In this document: positions 63,846 to 64,000 of the stretch, piece by piece
How positions within the stretch are numbered: the first letter of the stretch is position 1
How the letters are laid out: the number at the start of each line of letters is the position of its first letter
Assembly (NCBI GenBank): GCA_024679065.1
Contig: JAGIQG010000021.1
Coordinates: 41,850,001-41,914,000, forward strand
DNA: 64,000 nucleotides
Direction of reading: 5' to 3'
Source of the DNA: Sphyrna mokarran
Taxonomy: Eukaryota
Notes under the pieces: generated by a model
What the model saw: the letters and a program-made list of their open reading frames with translations, nothing else
What the model was told of the DNA's origin: nothing
Databases searched by the model: none
Translations under genes and position numbers: made by a program

Positions 63846-64000
63846 GTGAGCTGCTCGCGAAAGAAAAAAAAATAACTGGCATTCTCGTCGACTCGATCAA
63901 ATCGTGCAGAATTTGATTGCCGTAGTTGTCTGTGCTGTTATTATTGTGTTGTTGACTGTCTATGCACTGAAAGTTCAACCTCGGTTACACGTTGCAAAGC

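Noticed and set aside
63620-63916. Alternative 98-aa ORF overlapping the GAS7 exon
   Set aside because: Off-frame reading of the SH3 exon with a non-ATG start and no domain.

Overview
Vertebrate genomic DNA, almost certainly from a cartilaginous fish (shark), judged by HE1-like V-SINEs, DeuSINEs and shark-type CR1 and Penelope repeats. The left end holds the 5' half of a fast-type sarcomeric myosin heavy chain gene on the minus strand: TATA/MEF2 promoter at ~8.5-8.7 kb, two non-coding exons, and coding exons 3-16 with canonical GT-AG borders and conserved MYH exon sizes. The right end holds the first coding (SH3) exon of GAS7 on the plus strand, so the two genes are head-to-head across ~55 kb. 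That interval is dense in transposons (CR1, L2, RTE, Rex/Babar, Tx1, Penelope-like, Harbinger, a probable solo LTR, several SINE families). The most notable signals are: (i) a U2-snRNA-headed short element (SINEU-like) stacked with Tx1 3' ends at a repeated target motif (18.7-19.9 kb); (ii) young fold-back Penelope-like insertions carrying complete minimal hammerhead ribozyme motifs, one lying sense within the myosin pre-mRNA; (iii) MYH orientation relative to GAS7 opposite to the human cluster. Repeat boundaries are approximate and were read by eye; no searches were run.
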